Assembly: GCA_051252135.1 (NCBI GenBank)
Contig: JBPOGH010000013.1
Span: forward strand, 1 to 64,000
Length of the DNA stretch: 64,000 bases
Direction of reading: 5' to 3'
Origin: Verrucomicrobiaceae bacterium
GTDB taxonomy: Bacteria > Verrucomicrobiota > Verrucomicrobiia > Verrucomicrobiales > Akkermansiaceae
Of the stretch, positions 60,774 to 64,000 are shown in pieces. The first letter of the stretch is position 1, and each line of letters opens with the position of its first letter. Both the position numbers and the translations under genes were made by a program. The notes below the pieces were generated by a model. That model had not been told where the DNA came from and did not search any database. It saw only the letters and a program-made list of their open reading frames with translations.

Positions 60774-61379
60774 ATGTCGTCCAGTCTCCAAAACAAACTG
60801 AGTTCCCTCGCCTCCGCTCACGAAGTGCTGACGACGGCACAGCTTCTGGATGCCGGCATCTCTGACCGGAGCATCACCCGTCTCGTCGAACAAGGAATCC
60901 TGATACGTGAACGGCGCGGCATCTATCAGCACGCAGATTGCCCCGTGAGCGAAAATCATGACCTCATTCAGGTCACCAAGAGCGCTTCCCGCGCCGTCAT
61001 TGTCCTAATCAGCGCCCTGAGGTTTCACAACATCGGCACCCAACAGCCTTATCAGGTCTGGATTCAACTTCCCGCACAGACCCGGGTCCCGAAGATCGTC
61101 TGGCCCCCAATCCGGGTCATCAGAACACGGCTGAAGGAGCTTCAAACAGTGGGAGTCAAACAACATCACCTCGGCGGCACCGAGGTCTCGATCACAACGC
61201 CCGCACGAACAGTGGCCGATTGCTTCAAACACCGCAACAAGCTCGGCATCGACGTCTGCGTCGAAGCCCTGCGAGAAACTCTGAGAGGAAAAAAGGCGAC
61301 AATTGCAGAGATGAGCGAGATGGGCCGTCTTCTGCGGGTCGGAAAAGTGATGAAACCTTACCTGGAGGCGATGATATGA
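60774..61379 (+). CDS. abiEi: Type IV toxin-antitoxin antitoxin AbiEi
   Basis: N-terminal winged helix (L.RLVEQGIL.R.RRGIY), ISALRFHNI.TQ.P, PARTVADCFK.RNK.G.DV..EAL. Confidence 0.9.
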   Translation: MSSSLQNKLSSLASAHEVLTTAQLLDAGISDRSITRLVEQGILIRERRGIYQHADCPVSENHDLIQVTKSASRAVIVLISALRFHNIGTQQPYQVWIQLPAQTRVPKIVWPPIRVIRTRLKELQTVGVKQHHLGGTEVSITTPARTVADCFKHRNKLGIDVCVEALRETLRGKKATIAEMSEMGRLLRVGKVMKPYLEAMI

Positions 61380-62275
61380 AGAACGTCGCCGCTTCTGTTC
61401 GCGCCAAACTCCTAAACCTCTCGCGTGCGGAGGGCGTGTCGCTCAGCGCCCTTATGGAGCGTTATGCCACCGGTCGATTCCTCTACCGCCTCGCCCAGAG
61501 CAAGTATCGGGAGCGCTTTGTGCTGAAAGGAGCCCAGCTTTTCCGAATTTGGGAGACGGAGGAGCATCGCCCCACCAGGGATCTGGACCTCCTCGGATTT
61601 GGAGAAGCCACAGAGGAAGCCATTCACCAGATCTTTACCGAGCTAACGCAAATGTCGGTGGAACCGCCAGACGGCCTGGAATGGGGAGCGCTCGCGGTCA
61701 CCCCAATCCGTGACGACCTCACTTACGGTGGCGTCCGCGCCACCCTGCCCGTTCAACTTGCAGGGGCCCGTTTAAGCATCCAGATCGATGTGGGATTCGG
61801 CGATGCCATCACACCGGAAGCGGTGGAAAAAGAATGGCGTGAACTTCTCAATTTTCCCAGCGCCCGCCTCCTCGTCTATCCTCCTGAAACGGTCATCGCC
61901 GAGAAGCTGGAAGCGGCCGTCTCACTCGGCATCGGCAATAGTCGCATGAAGGATTTTTACGATCTTCACTGGCTTCAATCTCATGTGAATTTCAACGGAC
62001 AGACTCTCACCGAAGCCATCACCAATACCTTCGCCCGACGCTCTACCCCAATTCCAGAAAAGGCTCCGATCGCCTTCACTGAAGAATTTGGTTTGGACGA
62101 GGATAAGATGCGTCAATGGGCCGCCTTTATCCAAAAAGGAAAACTGCCAGTGATTGGATTGGCCGAGGCCATCACCGATATCTCAAACTTCCTCCAGCCA
62201 GTCCTCGCGCAGCAAGTGACCAACCACCACTGGACACCCTCCCGACAGTGGAGCGAGCATTCCGAGACCTCATGA
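61376..62275 (+). CDS. abiEii: Type IV toxin-antitoxin toxin AbiEii nucleotidyltransferase
   Basis: FVLKGA, RPTRDLDL, IDVGFGD, ETVIAEK, NSRMKDFYD; ATGA overlap with abiEi. Confidence 0.93.
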   Translation: MKNVAASVRAKLLNLSRAEGVSLSALMERYATGRFLYRLAQSKYRERFVLKGAQLFRIWETEEHRPTRDLDLLGFGEATEEAIHQIFTELTQMSVEPPDGLEWGALAVTPIRDDLTYGGVRATLPVQLAGARLSIQIDVGFGDAITPEAVEKEWRELLNFPSARLLVYPPETVIAEKLEAAVSLGIGNSRMKDFYDLHWLQSHVNFNGQTLTEAITNTFARRSTPIPEKAPIAFTEEFGLDEDKMRQWAAFIQKGKLPVIGLAEAITDISNFLQPVLAQQVTNHHWTPSRQWSEHSETS

Positions 62276-62353
62276 AGTTCACCGAACCGAGACGAGGTCT
62301 ACAAACGAGTCTTTGAGAAAGCGAAAAACTTTAAGAAGTATCAGAGCCACTGA
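62272..62353 (+). pseudogene. hsdR: hsdR deletion scar: first 5 codons joined out of frame to the last 21 codons
   Basis: ATG AAG TTC ACC GAA (MKFTE), ATGA-coupled to abiEii, then in the +1 frame RDEVYKRVFEKAKNFKKYQSH*, resembling the HsdR C-terminus. Confidence 0.7.
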
Positions 62354-62380
62354 TCCTTAGAGCGGTCGCTTGGAAACCAC

Positions 62381-62415
62381 AAAAAAAAGCCCGCCTCCCA
62401 CAAGGAGAGACGGGC
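62381..62415 (-). terminator. Intrinsic terminator of the fasciclin gene
   Basis: GCCCGCCTC...GAGACGGGC stem with an A8 run. Confidence 0.75.
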
Positions 62416-62443
62416 ACACACGATACAATCAATCCCCGGCAAA

Positions 62444-62935
62444 TTACTCAGCCGGAAGTATCACCGCGTCGATCACGTGGATCACCCCATTCGTTCCGGC
62501 AATATCGGTCTTCACCACGTTCGCCTTATCGATCGTCACCTTCCCATCAGCCACCGCGATCGTGGCCTTCGCTCCATTCAGAGTCGGCACCTCGCCCGGT
62601 TTTACATCGGCCGCCATCACCTTCCCGGCGACCACGTGATACTTCAGAATCGCAGCAAGCTTCTCCTTGTTCTCCGGCTTCAAGAGACTTTCCACCGTCC
62701 CCTCCGGAAGCTTTTCAAAAGCCTCGTTCGTCGGCGCAAAAATCGTAAACGGACCGTCGCCCGAAAGCGCCTCGGCCAGCCCGGCCGCCTTCACCGCAGC
62801 GACCAGAGTTGAGAAGTTTTCATTGCACACAGCGATCTCGACAACGGTCTTGTCAGCCTTGCAATCGGAACCCGCCTGAGCGGTCAATGGCAGGACGAGG
62901 GATGCGGCTGCGAAGAGTGCGGTAGTAATTTTCAT
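62444..62935 (-). CDS. Secreted fasciclin (FAS1) domain protein
   Basis: [46 protein letters not shown]; signal peptide from MKITT. Confidence 0.95.
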   Translation of the reverse strand: MKITTALFAAASLVLPLTAQAGSDCKADKTVVEIAVCNENFSTLVAAVKAAGLAEALSGDGPFTIFAPTNEAFEKLPEGTVESLLKPENKEKLAAILKYHVVAGKVMAADVKPGEVPTLNGAKATIAVADGKVTIDKANVVKTDIAGTNGVIHVIDAVILPAE

Positions 62936-63006
62936 AATCTTGGTTTTCTTTGAGTTCAGTTTTGTTCTTGGTGCCGGATTTCTTCCGACCCACCACAAAA
63001 GCACCA

Positions 63007-63026
63007 TTTTCAGTAATTACTGAAAA
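63007..63026. promoter_or_regulatory. Perfect 20-bp palindrome, candidate operator
   Basis: TTTTCAGTAATTACTGAAAA, about 70 bp upstream of the fasciclin start. Confidence 0.5.
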
Positions 63027-63337
63027 AAGGTGACTTTCGATAACTTTAGCTTGTGCGTTCCAAAATACCGCCTCTATTCTCCACCCCTTCTCTCACCCCT
63101 CACATCTCAAAATCCCCACAACCACCTCTCCCAAAGCACCTAACACCAACCCACCCCACAACGCTAAAGCCATAAGCCCACTTTATGCCTGACCACATAT
63201 TTCCCTATAAAACGAATAGCTGCACAAAAAAAGAACACCAAAGGCACCCCGGGAACCCTGGGAACCAAATCACCGACCAATAAAAGAGGCCTCTTCAAAC
63301 CTCCACCTCATCCCTCCCCTCTCCTTGCGTCTGACAG

Positions 63338-64000
63338 TCAGACACCCTTGCGCGTGCGCCTCAGCAACCCAAGGCACCCGATGAGCGCCAGCAACGCACT
63401 CTGTGGCTCCGGCACCGACTCCGCCGAAAAACCAACATTATCCAGACTTCCGTGAGCCGTGTTCGGATTGGCACTCACATTGCCAAACATCCCCACCCTC
63501 ACACTGGGCGCGCTCCCCAGACCACCCGCAAGCGTCATCACCTGCCCCGTCGTCGACTGCGGAAAGCTCACTCCGGTCATCGTCGCTCCGCTGTCATCAA
63601 AGATTCCATTCACCACCGACGAAAACTCAACCGTCCCGTCGCTCTTCATCGCGTAGTCCAAATTCACCGTGATCCAATCACCGGCGTATCCCAAATTATT
63701 GAACGAGGCGAGCGAGGTCTTCGTCGCCCCACTATCCGCAAAAACCGAGTAGTCACTGATTCCCGTCGCTTCCACATACACCCGAAACGAATCCGCCGCG
63801 GAATTCCCGGTGTTGCTGAAAAATCCCACTCCATACTGATCCCCCGCCGTCACCGCCCCGTCATCATCGGAACGGAAATCAAAAGACAACGAACCTTCCA
63901 CATCATCGGTCACCAATTCCGCCCCCGTCACGTCAACAGCCGTCAACACCGCCACTCCCGAAGTCCCGCTCGCCGTCGTGGAATTCATCGAGACCGAGTT
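63338..64000 (-). CDS. PEP-CTERM sorting domain protein (5' end outside the window)
   Basis: C-terminal VPEPQSALLALIGCLGLLRRTRK; the frame stays open to the window edge. Confidence 0.9.
   Translation of the reverse strand, partial: NSVSMNSTTASGTSGVAVLTAVDVTGAELVTDDVEGSLSFDFRSDDDGAVTAGDQYGVGFFSNTGNSAADSFRVYVEATGISDYSVFADSGATKTSLASFNNLGYAGDWITVNLDYAMKSDGTVEFSSVVNGIFDDSGATMTGVSFPQSTTGQVMTLAGGLGSAPSVRVGMFGNVSANPNTAHGSLDNVGFSAESVPEPQSALLALIGCLGLLRRTRKGV

Noticed and set aside
54498..62353. Functional type I R-M system, prophage or integron
   Set aside because: hsdM and hsdR are fragments and no hsdS is recognisable. No integrase, transposase, phage genes, tRNA attachment site or clear attC sites were seen.

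Overview
Bacterial chromosomal window, most likely from a free-living member of the Verrucomicrobiota. This is inferred from two PEP-CTERM proteins, five sulfatases, and SHD1, DUF1080 and CotH/lamin-tail proteins. Bases 1-53.9 kb are core or lifestyle genes: folP, acyP, yqeY, ispD, a polyprenyl synthase, a cyclophilin, an ABC-F ATPase, a PPi-dependent PEPCK, hflKC, a desaturase, sulfatases, large secreted enzymes and a 42-aa entericidin that the ORF track misses. The + strand is strongly C-rich whichever way the genes point, which explains the many spurious antisense ORFs. The most unusual part is 53.98-62.35 kb. A ~440-bp modular repeat array borders a compositionally foreign defence-like island built on the remains of a type I restriction-modification (R-M) locus. 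hsdM is reduced to a fragment carrying two in-frame mini-hairpin insertions. hsdR survives only as five short, scrambled pieces from apparently two lineages, two of which form 92-bp direct repeats around a cargo gene. The cargo genes between these pieces are intact: a 79-aa protein coupled to a Rad50/RloC-like zinc-hook ATPase with a HEPN-like tail, a TPR-CHAT caspase-like protease, and an AbiEi/AbiEii toxin-antitoxin pair with its operator. All assignments come from motif recognition by eye; no database searches were run.
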